Shown here piece after piece: positions 30,947 through 39,729 of a DNA stretch of 64,000 nucleotides. The stretch is from the NCBI GenBank assembly GCA_964553245.1, contig CAZKJM010000001.1, positions 145,806 through 209,805 on the forward strand. Direction: 5' to 3'. The position numbers were made by a program, and so were the translations under genes. Within the stretch, counting starts at the first letter, position 1. Each line of letters starts with the position of its first letter. The notes beneath the pieces are model-generated. The model was not told the DNA's origin and did no database searches. It saw only the letters and a program-made list of their open reading frames with translations. This stretch comes from an uncultured Gammaproteobacteria bacterium. GTDB taxonomy: Bacteria; Patescibacteriota; Microgenomatia; Levybacterales; UBA12049.

Positions 30947-32532
30947 TATTCTTTAGGCGGAATAATTTTATAAACCCTGTAAAAATAATCGCTGTTTCCT
31001 GACCTTACCTGAAAAACTAATTCAAGCGGGTAGTCTTGATTAATAATTTGATTATTAGGTTGATAAAATACAAAGTATGAAGGCATTTTCTTGGAGTATT
31101 CAATTGTTTCTTTAGCGAGGCTGTGCTCAACCGGCCAATAACCTTTTATCGTAATATTTTTGTTATTTATTAAATATAACTCTAGAGCTTCAGGCATTAA
31201 ACCAAATGTTCCTTCGGTTGCAATAAATATCTTCTTGTTTTTTGCTTCTTTTTTAAAAAATTCAACACTTTCATTAACTCCCCAACCAGCCGCCCAGCTG
31301 TTTACGTACTGTCTACTATCACTTCTTACAATTGGTGCATTAATCGGGTCACTGGCAACTTTAAAACTTACAAATCCTGGATAAGCAACGAAAATAACTG
31401 TTACTACAATATAAACAACAGTTGATAAAATATTTTTTTTCTTTTTATTAAGTCTTTTATCTACAAAACCAATAATTTCGTTTAACCCCCAACCGGCAAG
31501 AGGAAGCAAGAAACAACTCATAAAAAAAATAAATCTCGGAAAAATTACTTTTCCAAAAAGAGCAAGCGCCGTAAATGGCAAGAGAAAATAAATTATCAGT
31601 AATATTTTTTCTTTTGTAAATTTATTTATAAAAATTAAGGATAAAATAACTAATAACACATATGGTAATTTTAAATATTGAATTAACCAGTCAAAAAGAC
31701 CATATAGATTCCCCACGAAAAATGTAAAAGGGTGATTGACCCACTCGGAAAAAGGATAAACAAAAGTCGCATTTTTAGCTTGAACCATTTGAAATAAGGG
31801 AGAGAGTCTTAGGGTGTTGTAAATAATTTGCGCAATAAAAATTGATATTAAAGCAAAAACTACCCATTTTAAAAGTCTTCTTAGAGTGTTTTTCCTTGAA
31901 AAATCAAAAAGTAAAATCGTAAAAGGTAAAAGATACTGACTGAAAAAATTTGAACTTTTTGTTAAAGCTCCTAATCCCATAACTACGCCTAATGTGTAAA
32001 CAAAATCAAACCTTGTTTTCTTAATAAGTTTTATAGAAAAATAAAAAGCCCAAATAGAAAAAGTTGCAACCATACTGTCCATTAATGCCATTCTGTCATT
32101 TATTTGTGCGAACGGATAAAAAACATAAAGAATTGAACTTAAATAAGCAATTTTTTTATTTTTAAAAAGCTCAATAGTTAGAAACCAAACCCCAATCATT
32201 GTGAGAAATCCTGTGCTTACAGAGACTACTCTTCCGGCAATTAGCGGATCGCTTATGAATTTCATGAAAATCATCGCTGTCCAAACAAATAAAGGCTGTT
32301 TACCATCTGTTAGGGAAATATACCTCCAACTTGCATCATTCAAAGCAATTTGTGCCCACCTAACATAAATTGCTTCGTCGGTAAAAATAGGCATAGAATC
32401 CAAATATAAAAGCCTAAAGAAGAAATATAAAAAGCCTACAAAAATCGCAAAAATAATTTCAATTTTGTTTTTTTTCAAAAACATCATACTTTGATTATAC
32501 AGAACCAATACGCTTAAGGTAAATAAGTACAA
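30946..32532 (-). CDS. PMT/ArnT-family (GT39/GT83-like) GT-C glycosyltransferase
   Basis: 528 aa. DE motif at 'MPIFTDEAIYVRWAQ', then 'DGKQPLFVWTAMIFMKF', about 11 TM segments and a C-terminal soluble domain. Confidence 0.75.
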   Translation of the reverse strand: MYLFTLSVLVLYNQSMMFLKKNKIEIIFAIFVGFLYFFFRLLYLDSMPIFTDEAIYVRWAQIALNDASWRYISLTDGKQPLFVWTAMIFMKFISDPLIAGRVVSVSTGFLTMIGVWFLTIELFKNKKIAYLSSILYVFYPFAQINDRMALMDSMVATFSIWAFYFSIKLIKKTRFDFVYTLGVVMGLGALTKSSNFFSQYLLPFTILLFDFSRKNTLRRLLKWVVFALISIFIAQIIYNTLRLSPLFQMVQAKNATFVYPFSEWVNHPFTFFVGNLYGLFDWLIQYLKLPYVLLVILSLIFINKFTKEKILLIIYFLLPFTALALFGKVIFPRFIFFMSCFLLPLAGWGLNEIIGFVDKRLNKKKKNILSTVVYIVVTVIFVAYPGFVSFKVASDPINAPIVRSDSRQYVNSWAAGWGVNESVEFFKKEAKNKKIFIATEGTFGLMPEALELYLINNKNITIKGYWPVEHSLAKETIEYSKKMPSYFVFYQPNNQIINQDYPLELVFQVRSGNSDYFYRVYKIIPPKE

Positions 32533-33701
32533 TTTTTAAAAACTTTTTTGAGGATATATAAAAAGGTAAACAATAAAATAATTATCAAACCTGTAATTTC
32601 AATATTTAGAACTACAAAAGGATAACTTTTATCATAGTCGCTTAAATAAACATAGGGAATATAAATCGCTGTCCCGAAGAATGACAATATAAAACTGGAA
32701 ATAAATATATATTGCTTCTTAGAAACTAATGCCGCGAAGGGCAAAACATATAGTAAATACCAAGGCTGAAACGTTGTTCTAGTAGAGGCAATTATTACTG
32801 CAATTAAGGATAAAAAAATACTTAATGTAAATATTTTTTCCCAATTAATTTCTTTTTTTGTTTTCTTTAAATAAAAAACAACCGGAAAAACAGGCAGTAA
32901 AACAATATTGGCATATTTTATTCCTACCGAAAATAAATAAACAACAGCTGAAGAGATATTTCTATTTTTTATCAATAAATAAAATGAAAACAGTGTAAGG
33001 AAAATCATTGGAATATCATTATGGGAAGAAACTAATCCTTCTATTATTACCAAAGGATTTAATCCCCAAAATATTAAGTTAAAGATTAAATTTTTTGGAA
33101 AGACCGCTTCTGAAATTTTATAAATAAAATAGCTTGTTCCTAAAAAACAAGCTGCTATCAACAACTTAAATAAGACCATTGTAGGCAAAAAATAATTCAT
33201 TCCAATATAAGACAATGGAACAGTTAAAAAAAGCCAACTTGGACCATATGGATACAATCTGTGTGTCCAGCGCATAAAATTAAGCATTGGATCAGCTGGA
33301 AAATCAAGAGGTTTATACAAAAAAGGGTTTTTATTATAGAAGGTCAATATTTTTGCATCGAAAATATAATTAAAAAGATCGTAAGAAAAAGCATTGTAGG
33401 ACAAGGCAAGAATTATTACCGTTCCAAATATTAATATCAATGCTTGTTTTTTAGTTATTTTGTTTTTATTGGCAAAATAAAGAAAACGAGAATAAAATAA
33501 AAACATTAAAAATAAAATTATGGAAAAGACCAAAGCTGACGTTGGGCGCTGAAAAAAACCTAAATATTGAAAGTTTTTTTGAATAGACTGCCAAAAAGAT
33601 GCTCTTGATAAAGTCAAACTTAAATCAACTTGCGTAAAAGAATATAAGAAAAGACCAACTATTGTCGTAAAATAACCAAATGCAAGAATTTTAAATTTCA
33701 T
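32514..33701 (-). CDS. Polytopic membrane protein, possibly GT87/DUF2029-like mannosyltransferase
   Basis: 395 aa and highly hydrophobic. 'RLYPYGPSWLF' and 'IIEGLVSSHNDIPMIF' resemble DUF2029-type GT-C proteins. The assignment is tentative. Confidence 0.45.
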   Translation of the reverse strand: MKFKILAFGYFTTIVGLFLYSFTQVDLSLTLSRASFWQSIQKNFQYLGFFQRPTSALVFSIILFLMFLFYSRFLYFANKNKITKKQALILIFGTVIILALSYNAFSYDLFNYIFDAKILTFYNKNPFLYKPLDFPADPMLNFMRWTHRLYPYGPSWLFLTVPLSYIGMNYFLPTMVLFKLLIAACFLGTSYFIYKISEAVFPKNLIFNLIFWGLNPLVIIEGLVSSHNDIPMIFLTLFSFYLLIKNRNISSAVVYLFSVGIKYANIVLLPVFPVVFYLKKTKKEINWEKIFTLSIFLSLIAVIIASTRTTFQPWYLLYVLPFAALVSKKQYIFISSFILSFFGTAIYIPYVYLSDYDKSYPFVVLNIEITGLIIILLFTFLYILKKVFKNCTYLP

Positions 33702-33707
33702 TGAGGT

Positions 33708-34478
33708 TTATTTATACTTTCCCTTAACACTGTTAATCTTTATTAAAAACAAATCTATTAAACCATTAATGGAATCTTTTATAGGGTTTACTCTTCTTGT
33801 TTCCACATATAGCCATTTAATTGGAACTTCTTTAATTCTATAGCCCATTTTTTGAGCTATATGTAAAAGCTCTACATCAAACCCCGCTGTAACAGAAGAT
33901 CCTGATATTGTTTTAAATCCATTATGTAATTTTAATATTTTTGTAAAAAGTTTATTGGAAGAATCTTTCGTAAATGTTTTGAAACCACATTGAGTATCGC
34001 TTATCCCTCTTACGCCAACGATTAGAGTTCTTAACAATATCATTCCTTTTGCCATTACTGCTCTTGTCCAAGGAGCACCTTTTCTGGTTGAATTTCTACT
34101 TCCAATAATTATGTCGTAATTTTCTTTAAAATAAGGCAATAACTTATCTAACTCTTCTATGGGAGCAGCCTGATCCATATCTGTAAAAAGCTGATAATCA
34201 CCTTTTGCTGCTAACATTCCCGTTGTTACGGCACCGGCTTTTCCGGTATGTGAATTTTTAATCAATCTAAAATTATTGTGTAGTTTTACAAAATCTTCTA
34301 TAAAAGCAATTCCATCATCATCGGATCCATCGTCTACAATTAAAACTTCGTAATTAAACTTTTTTTTACTCAGGAAGCTTTCAATCTTATCAAGGACTCC
34401 TTTTTGAAGATTTGCCATTTCGTTATAACAAGGTATTACAACAGAGAGGAAAATTTTATTCATAAAAGAATTATACAA
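33708..34478 (-). CDS. GT2 polyprenol-phosphate sugar synthase (DPM1-like)
   Basis: 256 aa, 'LSVVIPCYNEMANL', 'LIVDDGSDDDGIAFI', 'GKAGAVTTGMLAAKGDY', 'TDMDQAAP'. First gene of the minus-strand array. Upstream on the minus strand lies TTGTTT-N17-TATAAT. Confidence 0.75.
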   Translation of the reverse strand: MYNSFMNKIFLSVVIPCYNEMANLQKGVLDKIESFLSKKKFNYEVLIVDDGSDDDGIAFIEDFVKLHNNFRLIKNSHTGKAGAVTTGMLAAKGDYQLFTDMDQAAPIEELDKLLPYFKENYDIIIGSRNSTRKGAPWTRAVMAKGMILLRTLIVGVRGISDTQCGFKTFTKDSSNKLFTKILKLHNGFKTISGSSVTAGFDVELLHIAQKMGYRIKEVPIKWLYVETRRVNPIKDSINGLIDLFLIKINSVKGKYK

Positions 34479-34543
34479 GAAAAAAAATAACTAAACAATT
34501 TTTGTTGTTTATGGGATAATTTTAAGGTAAAATACTAGCTAAT

Positions 34544-34617
34544 GCCGCGTTCGTCTAGTGGCCTAGGACGTCACGTTCTCAACGTGAAGATCAGGGGTTC
34601 GACTCCCCTACGCGGTA
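34544..34617 (+). tRNA. tRNA-Glu (anticodon CUC)
   Basis: Hand-folded cloverleaf. Acceptor GCCGCGT/ACGCGGT, D-arm 'TCGTCTAGTGGCCTAGGAC' (classic tRNA-Glu), anticodon stem TCACG/CGTGA with loop TTCTCAA, T-arm AGGGG-TTCGACT-CCCCT, discriminator A. CCA is not encoded. Confidence 0.85.
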
Positions 34618-34756
34618 CACAAAGCCATATTAATTATTACATTAGTCTAAGTATAGATCGACTAAAACCTGTCTTTGATTATCAATCTAAAACGACATTT
34701 TTAAAACAAAATAATTACTTGACAAGGGATTTAATATATTATTTAATGCAGACACT

Positions 34757-35110
34757 ATGTTTAAAAAAGTAATATTATCCCTATTGTTTACAATTTTCAT
34801 ATTATTTTTCGTTTTTGTATCTAAAAAGTCAGTTTTAGCTGGATCTTCTTATCTCTATAACCAAAAAAGTTCTTATGTTCCAACAAGCACATCCTGCGCT
34901 TCACCAAATTGTCCAATGAATTTATGGTATCCAAATGGTTCAAAAATTAATATGATGTGCTACTTGGATAGTCAATGGTATACGGGAAATTATAAAAGCA
35001 ATAGATGGTTTAAGGGATTAGCTTATAAATCCTGGAACTCTCCTGGAACTGTAACTTGGGTACACTCAAGTTATGTCTATTATCAAACATCTGTTCGAAG
35101 ATGTTGGTAA
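34757..35110 (+). CDS. Small secreted Cys/Trp/Tyr-rich protein (hypothetical)
   Basis: 117 aa. N-terminal signal-like segment 'ILSLLFTIFILFFVFVSKKSVLA|GS', then a mature region of about 85 aa with 4 Cys (C-x4-C...C...C) and many W/Y. TTGACA-N17-TTTAAT lies upstream, 9 nt before the ATG. Confidence 0.55.
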   Translation: MFKKVILSLLFTIFILFFVFVSKKSVLAGSSYLYNQKSSYVPTSTSCASPNCPMNLWYPNGSKINMMCYLDSQWYTGNYKSNRWFKGLAYKSWNSPGTVTWVHSSYVYYQTSVRRCW

Positions 35111-35162
35111 AAAAACACGACAACTAATTTATATAAAACCTATAATTAATTTTTGAGCTTAG

Positions 35163-35186
35163 CAGGTTCGGATCCTACTAGCGGTA
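35163..35186 (+). repeat. Degenerate direct repeat of the tRNA-Glu 3' end (T-arm/acceptor-like)
   Basis: 'CAGGTTCGGATCCTACTAGCGGTA' compared with the tRNA 3' segment 'CAGGGGTTCGACTCCCCTACGCGGTA'. Shared blocks are CAGG, TTCG, TCC, TAC and GCGGTA. The T-stem is shortened symmetrically by 2 bp. No 5' tRNA half lies upstream of it. Confidence 0.35.
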
Positions 35187-35198
35187 GCTAAACCAAAG

Positions 35199-36626
35199 TT
35201 AGTAGTTAATTTTATATATATAAGCATCATTAATATTTTTATACTTTATTATTTTCCCCTTTTCCTCCATGTTTTTAACTGCAGAATAAAAATTTTCATT
35301 TGATTCCAACAACTGAGTTGCCCATTGATTAGGACGTAAATCTACTATTAAATACTCTGGATTCCCTGCAAAATCAAGCCACCAGCATCCCTTACACACA
35401 GAGTCTTTTATCCTTGGGTAAATAAGATAAATTTCTTTTCTATGCGACAAATGAGGCACTAGATTTTGAGATGAGGCTATAGATGCATTCACTGGCACCT
35501 CTAAAAAAATCTTATTATTATCATCCATCCATGATTCATTTTGCCAGTAAATTACCTTTGATAATTTATTAAGAGGATAATGAAAAATAAACTGCTGAGT
35601 TAAAGAACTTATAACCATAATTATTGCTAAGATGCTTATGTTTATTTTTTTTCTTAAAAAGAATAAAACATCAAGTAATCCCAATAGAAGGAATGGAGCT
35701 AAGATAGCCCTATGATGAAGATAAGGCGTTACCATATGCCCAAATTCTTTTTGAGGAACAAAATATTGAGCAAGGTCTAGAAAAACAGCTAGAATAGCTC
35801 CTGGAGAAAAAATAGGAAGAAAAGAAAACCAGCCAAATGAATATAGCCAAACCAATATTTTTTCATTATTGTCAAAAAATTTATAAATTAAAGCAATTGG
35901 ATTTAAATCAAGTGACGGCCAGTATTGATACCCAACCGAAGACATTAAGCTAACAACCTTTACAAAAATTAAGCTTAACGCTAATCCACCAACAAAAAAC
36001 ATAATTCCTTGTTTTCTATATTGCTTTTTGAATAGATAAATTAATCCAACCCCCGCTAATGCAATTCCCATATTTTCTTGTGTTAAAAGCATTAAAACTA
36101 AAGTTATCCAAAACAATTTTTTCTTTTTCGCTTCAAAGAAATAGACAAACCATGATAGAAGAGCAACTCCAAGAACTATTGGATGAAAATCAAAATAAAC
36201 AGCAAATTGAATGCCAAAGAAAAGGCTATAAATAAAACCTAGGCATAAAGAAACAAAAGGAGAAAACCCTCTAATTTTTGCTAATTTATAAATTGGGATT
36301 GTAGAAAAAGCTATAAAGATAGCTTGAAAAATAAGTATTATTCTCACGTCTTCCCAAATCCAAAATAAGGGAGCAAGAAGAGGAAGCGTGAGAGTTAAAT
36401 GATCACCAAGAATAAATTTTTCTTTAATTGTGTTTATCGGAGATAAAAAATGAGCATATTGCCAAACTGTCTGATCAAATATTCCTAAATCAAATGCACC
36501 TGACTGAAAATGAACATGTCTTAGAACTGAGAGAAAAGAATAAAGTACGGAAAGTATAAATACCCATAGCAACATCAGCCAAAAACAATTCTTGTCTTTT
36601 ACTAATATTTCTTTAAAATATTTCAC
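35199..36626 (-). CDS. DUF2079-family polytopic membrane protein (putative GT-C-like)
   Basis: 475 aa. 'HFQSGAFDLGIFDQTVWQ' matches the DUF2079 signature. Many TM segments and a C-terminal soluble region. Confidence 0.65.
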   Translation of the reverse strand: MKYFKEILVKDKNCFWLMLLWVFILSVLYSFLSVLRHVHFQSGAFDLGIFDQTVWQYAHFLSPINTIKEKFILGDHLTLTLPLLAPLFWIWEDVRIILIFQAIFIAFSTIPIYKLAKIRGFSPFVSLCLGFIYSLFFGIQFAVYFDFHPIVLGVALLSWFVYFFEAKKKKLFWITLVLMLLTQENMGIALAGVGLIYLFKKQYRKQGIMFFVGGLALSLIFVKVVSLMSSVGYQYWPSLDLNPIALIYKFFDNNEKILVWLYSFGWFSFLPIFSPGAILAVFLDLAQYFVPQKEFGHMVTPYLHHRAILAPFLLLGLLDVLFFLRKKINISILAIIMVISSLTQQFIFHYPLNKLSKVIYWQNESWMDDNNKIFLEVPVNASIASSQNLVPHLSHRKEIYLIYPRIKDSVCKGCWWLDFAGNPEYLIVDLRPNQWATQLLESNENFYSAVKNMEEKGKIIKYKNINDAYIYKINY

Positions 36627-36680
36627 TTATGCACTAATTATAACAATTAATAATTTCAATAAAAAATTCAAGGCTTTAAA

Positions 36681-39056
36681 TTAATCAACCTTTTTTGGCG
36701 TTTGGGCATGAAGGATTTGAGGATGAAAAGCTTCAACTTTAGTTTTTGTTTTTGGTAGCTGTTTTGTTAATGCGATATCTAATACTTCATCCATATGGGT
36801 TACAAATTTAAAATTAAGATCTTTTAACACCTCTTTTGGTACATCTTCCAAGTCTTTTTTGTTTTCTTTTGGCAAAATTATGGTTTTAAGACCAGCTCTA
36901 TGAGCTGCGATTACTTTTTCCTTAACTCCGCCGATTTCCAAAACTCTTCCCCTTAAAGTTATTTCTCCTGTCATTCCAACCCTTCTATTTACCGGAATCC
37001 TGGTTAAAGCAGAAGATATTGCGGTTGTAATAGCTGTTCCGGCAGATGGACCGTCTTTTGGAACAGCGCCCTCGGGAACATGAACATGCACATCCAGTTT
37101 TTGATAGAACTTATCAGACAAGCCGAGTTTACCCGCGCGCGCTCTAATATAAGACATTGCTGCAGTGCAAGATTCTTTCATAACGTCTCCCAATTGTCCC
37201 GTTAAAATCAGATTTCCTTTTCCCGGCATCAATGCGACTTCTATAAACAATATATCTCCGCCTGCTTCTGTCCATGCAAGCCCTGTGGACATTCCAATTT
37301 CATCTTTTTTCTCTACCATTGTCGCATTGAACCTAACCGGACCTAAAAATTTTGGCACCACTTTTTCGTTAACAATAACTTTCTTCTTTTTGCCTTCTGC
37401 TATTAGTTTTGCTACTTTTCTAAAAATTGCAGATATCTGCCTTTCCAAACTTCTAACACCTGCTTCTCTTGTATAATGATGAATTATGAATTTAATTGCG
37501 CCATCTGTTAACTCAATCATTTTATCTGTTAAACCATGGTTTTCCATCTGTTTTTTAAACAAAAAGTCTTTCGTAATTCTAAATTTTTCATCGTGGGTAT
37601 AACCGGTAAATTGAATAATTTCAAGCCTGTCTCTTAACGCCGGGGGAATTGTTTCTAAAACATTTGCCGTTGTAATAAACATTACATCCGAAAGATCGAA
37701 AGAAACCTCTAGGTAATGATCGGAAAACATATAATTTTGCTCCGGATCTAGGGCTTCTAAAAGCGCAGACGAAGGATCGCCTCTAAAATCCGCACCGACT
37801 TTATCTATTTCATCTAGCATAAAAACCGGGTTTTTTGCTCCTGCATCTTTTATTCCTTGAATTATTCTCCCCGGCATTGCTCCTACATAAGTTCTTCTGT
37901 GGCCTCTAATTTCTGCCTCATCTCTTATTCCTCCTAAAGAAAGCTTTACAAATTTTCTACCCAAAGCCCTGGCGATAGATTTTCCAATTGAGGTTTTTCC
38001 AACTCCCGGTGGGCCAGCAAAACAAAGAATTGGTCCTTTCATTTTTCCGGCTAATTTATTTACAGCTAAATATTCTACTATTCTTTCTTTGACTTTTTTT
38101 AAACCGAAATGATCTTCATTTAACATCTTCTCCGCTTGTTTAATATTAACATTGCTTTTTGTTTCAACCGACCAGGGAAGACTTAACACCCAATCGAGAT
38201 AATTTCTAATATATCCTGCTTCCGGATTAAACTGATTCATTTGAGATAACTTTTTTATCTCTTTTTTTACCTTTGCCTCAATATCCTCAGGCATTTTTGC
38301 TTTCCTAAGTCTTTCCAATAATTCTCTAACCTCACTATCTTCTTCGCCCTCTCCTAATTCTTTTTCTATTGTTTTTAATCGCTCTCTAAGAAGAGCCTCT
38401 TTTGCACCTTTCTCAAATCTTTCCTGCGTTTTTGAAGCAATCTTTTTTTCTAACTCCAATACTTTTATTTCTTTTGATAAATAATCGTTTAATCTCTCTA
38501 GCTTTTTCTTAACGTCTGTTTCTTCCAAAAGAGCTTGTCTCTCCGAAGGCTTCAAATCCAAAACGGAAGATACTAAATTAGCTAGTTGAGAAGGGGTATT
38601 TTCTGACATTACATTCATAAAAACCAAAAAATCTACAAATTTACCAAGATTCATGGCTTTTCTAAATTCGTTTGTTAAATGATTACATAAGGCCTTGATT
38701 TCAGGAGAATCCTCTGAAACATCTGGGACTTCTATTACTTTTGCCAAAAGAAAAGGCGCTTTTTGATCGTAAGAAACTATTTTAATTCTGGAGATCCCTT
38801 TTACCTGTGCGTTTATTTCCTGATCTGTTTTTATCATTCTTTCTATTCGAGAAAGCGTTCCTATTTCGTAAAGGTCGGAGATATCCGGTTCATTTAGCTT
38901 TGGATTTTTCTGTGCAACAAATCCAACAATTCTTTCTTGTGAAAATGCAGCTTCTAAGGCAGCTAAGCTCTTGGGTCTACCAAATGTTAAAACTGAATCA
39001 GTATCGGGGAAAATTATGCCATCTCTTATTGGGATTATTGGGATTATTTTTTCCAT
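36681..39056 (-). CDS. lon: ATP-dependent Lon protease
   Basis: Walker A 'GPPGVGKTSIGKSIARAL', a LonA N-terminal domain, and proteolytic Ser in 'PKDGPSAGTAITTAI'. The ORF track extends to a TTG at 39104. I place the start at the ATG at 39056, giving 'MEKIIPIIPIRDGIIFP', the conserved Lon N-terminus. Confidence 0.9.
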   Translation of the reverse strand: MEKIIPIIPIRDGIIFPDTDSVLTFGRPKSLAALEAAFSQERIVGFVAQKNPKLNEPDISDLYEIGTLSRIERMIKTDQEINAQVKGISRIKIVSYDQKAPFLLAKVIEVPDVSEDSPEIKALCNHLTNEFRKAMNLGKFVDFLVFMNVMSENTPSQLANLVSSVLDLKPSERQALLEETDVKKKLERLNDYLSKEIKVLELEKKIASKTQERFEKGAKEALLRERLKTIEKELGEGEEDSEVRELLERLRKAKMPEDIEAKVKKEIKKLSQMNQFNPEAGYIRNYLDWVLSLPWSVETKSNVNIKQAEKMLNEDHFGLKKVKERIVEYLAVNKLAGKMKGPILCFAGPPGVGKTSIGKSIARALGRKFVKLSLGGIRDEAEIRGHRRTYVGAMPGRIIQGIKDAGAKNPVFMLDEIDKVGADFRGDPSSALLEALDPEQNYMFSDHYLEVSFDLSDVMFITTANVLETIPPALRDRLEIIQFTGYTHDEKFRITKDFLFKKQMENHGLTDKMIELTDGAIKFIIHHYTREAGVRSLERQISAIFRKVAKLIAEGKKKKVIVNEKVVPKFLGPVRFNATMVEKKDEIGMSTGLAWTEAGGDILFIEVALMPGKGNLILTGQLGDVMKESCTAAMSYIRARAGKLGLSDKFYQKLDVHVHVPEGAVPKDGPSAGTAITTAISSALTRIPVNRRVGMTGEITLRGRVLEIGGVKEKVIAAHRAGLKTIILPKENKKDLEDVPKEVLKDLNFKFVTHMDEVLDIALTKQLPKTKTKVEAFHPQILHAQTPKKVD

Positions 39057-39070
39057 ATTTAAGTTCGATA

Positions 39071-39097
39071 TTAGCACTCTATCATAATGTCTGCTAG
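39071..39097. promoter_or_regulatory. CIRCE-like imperfect inverted repeat (putative HrcA operator) in the lon leader
   Basis: 'TTAGCACTC' is a perfect CIRCE left half, followed by a 9 nt spacer, then 'GTCTGCTAG', which matches the 'GAGTGCTAA' consensus at 6 of 9 positions. It lies between a TTGACA at 39099..39104 (minus strand) and the lon ATG. Confidence 0.4.
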
Positions 39098-39180
39098 TTG
39101 TCAAGAAGTTTATTATAATTTATTGTCTCCGCAATGTTTTTAAGGGTTGACAAATATATTATGAGGTCTACAATTTAAAT

Positions 39181-39702
39181 ATGGAAGCTAAAAATCCTAA
39201 ATCAAAAATTGCCCACAAGGCTGCAAAACAAATAAAGGTATTAAAACAACTTCATTCTGTAGAGGGAAAAATTGCCGAAATACTATCTGATTTTGCAGGA
39301 AGTATGGGGTTTGTTTATTTTCACGCTGTCTGGTTTACTTTTTGGATTTTAGGCGGTCAAGGACTGCTTATGCCATATATTCAGCCCTTTGATCCCTTTC
39401 CTTACGGACTACTGACAATGATCGTCTCTTTAGAGGCGATTTTTCTTGCCACGTTTATTATGATAAACCAAAACAGACAAGCCTTGGTTGAAGAATACAA
39501 AGAATTAGAAGAAGAAAAAGAAGCAATCGAAGAAGAACAGGAACAACAAGAGTTAGAAGAAGAGGTCGAAGATATTCAAAAAGATCTTGATGATATTAAG
39601 CAGGCAATTTCATTTATTCAACAAAAAGTAACATTAGTGGAAAAAGCAAAGCAAGCAAATGGAAATGGTAACGGCAATCCACCTCAATCACCAATTAAAT
39701 AA
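39181..39702 (+). CDS. DUF1003-family membrane protein with acidic coiled-coil tail
   Basis: 173 aa. 'FAGSMGFVYFHAVWFTFWI...FDPFPYGLLTMIVSLEAIFLATFIMINQNRQ' matches DUF1003. The C-terminus is E/Q-rich and ends 'QANGNGNGNPPQSPIK'. TTGACA-N16-TACAAT lies upstream with an almost leaderless ATG. Confidence 0.7.
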   Translation: MEAKNPKSKIAHKAAKQIKVLKQLHSVEGKIAEILSDFAGSMGFVYFHAVWFTFWILGGQGLLMPYIQPFDPFPYGLLTMIVSLEAIFLATFIMINQNRQALVEEYKELEEEKEAIEEEQEQQELEEEVEDIQKDLDDIKQAISFIQQKVTLVEKAKQANGNGNGNPPQSPIK

Positions 39703-39729
39703 TAATCTAGTGATATAATCAAAAAAAAT

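Noticed and set aside
7188-31384. Many 60 to 100 aa plus-strand ORFs inside the minus-strand glycosylation genes (e.g. 7188..7373, 11362..11658, 19547..19795, 26015..26203, 31160..31384) and the minus-strand ORFs 23597..23857 and 30378..30584
   Set aside because: They are antisense or out-of-frame within much longer ORFs that have strong family motifs. This is typical of spurious ORFs in AT-rich DNA.
34542-34772. 76 aa plus-strand ORF
   Set aside because: It runs straight through the tRNA-Glu gene, and the tRNA fold is far better supported.
35141-35200. Possible complete tRNA gene
   Set aside because: Only a T-arm/acceptor-like 3' segment can be folded. No D-arm or anticodon arm exists upstream, where the sequence is AT-rich spacer. 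I treat it as a repeat or remnant, not a tRNA.
37165-39097. Plus-strand ORFs 37165..37476 and 38807..39097
   Set aside because: They are antisense to the well-supported lon gene.
39057-39104. TTG-initiated N-terminal extension of lon proposed by the ORF track
   Set aside because: The conserved Lon N-terminus begins at the ATG at 39056. The extension covers the CIRCE-like element and a TTGACA hexamer, so it is more likely promoter/operator DNA.
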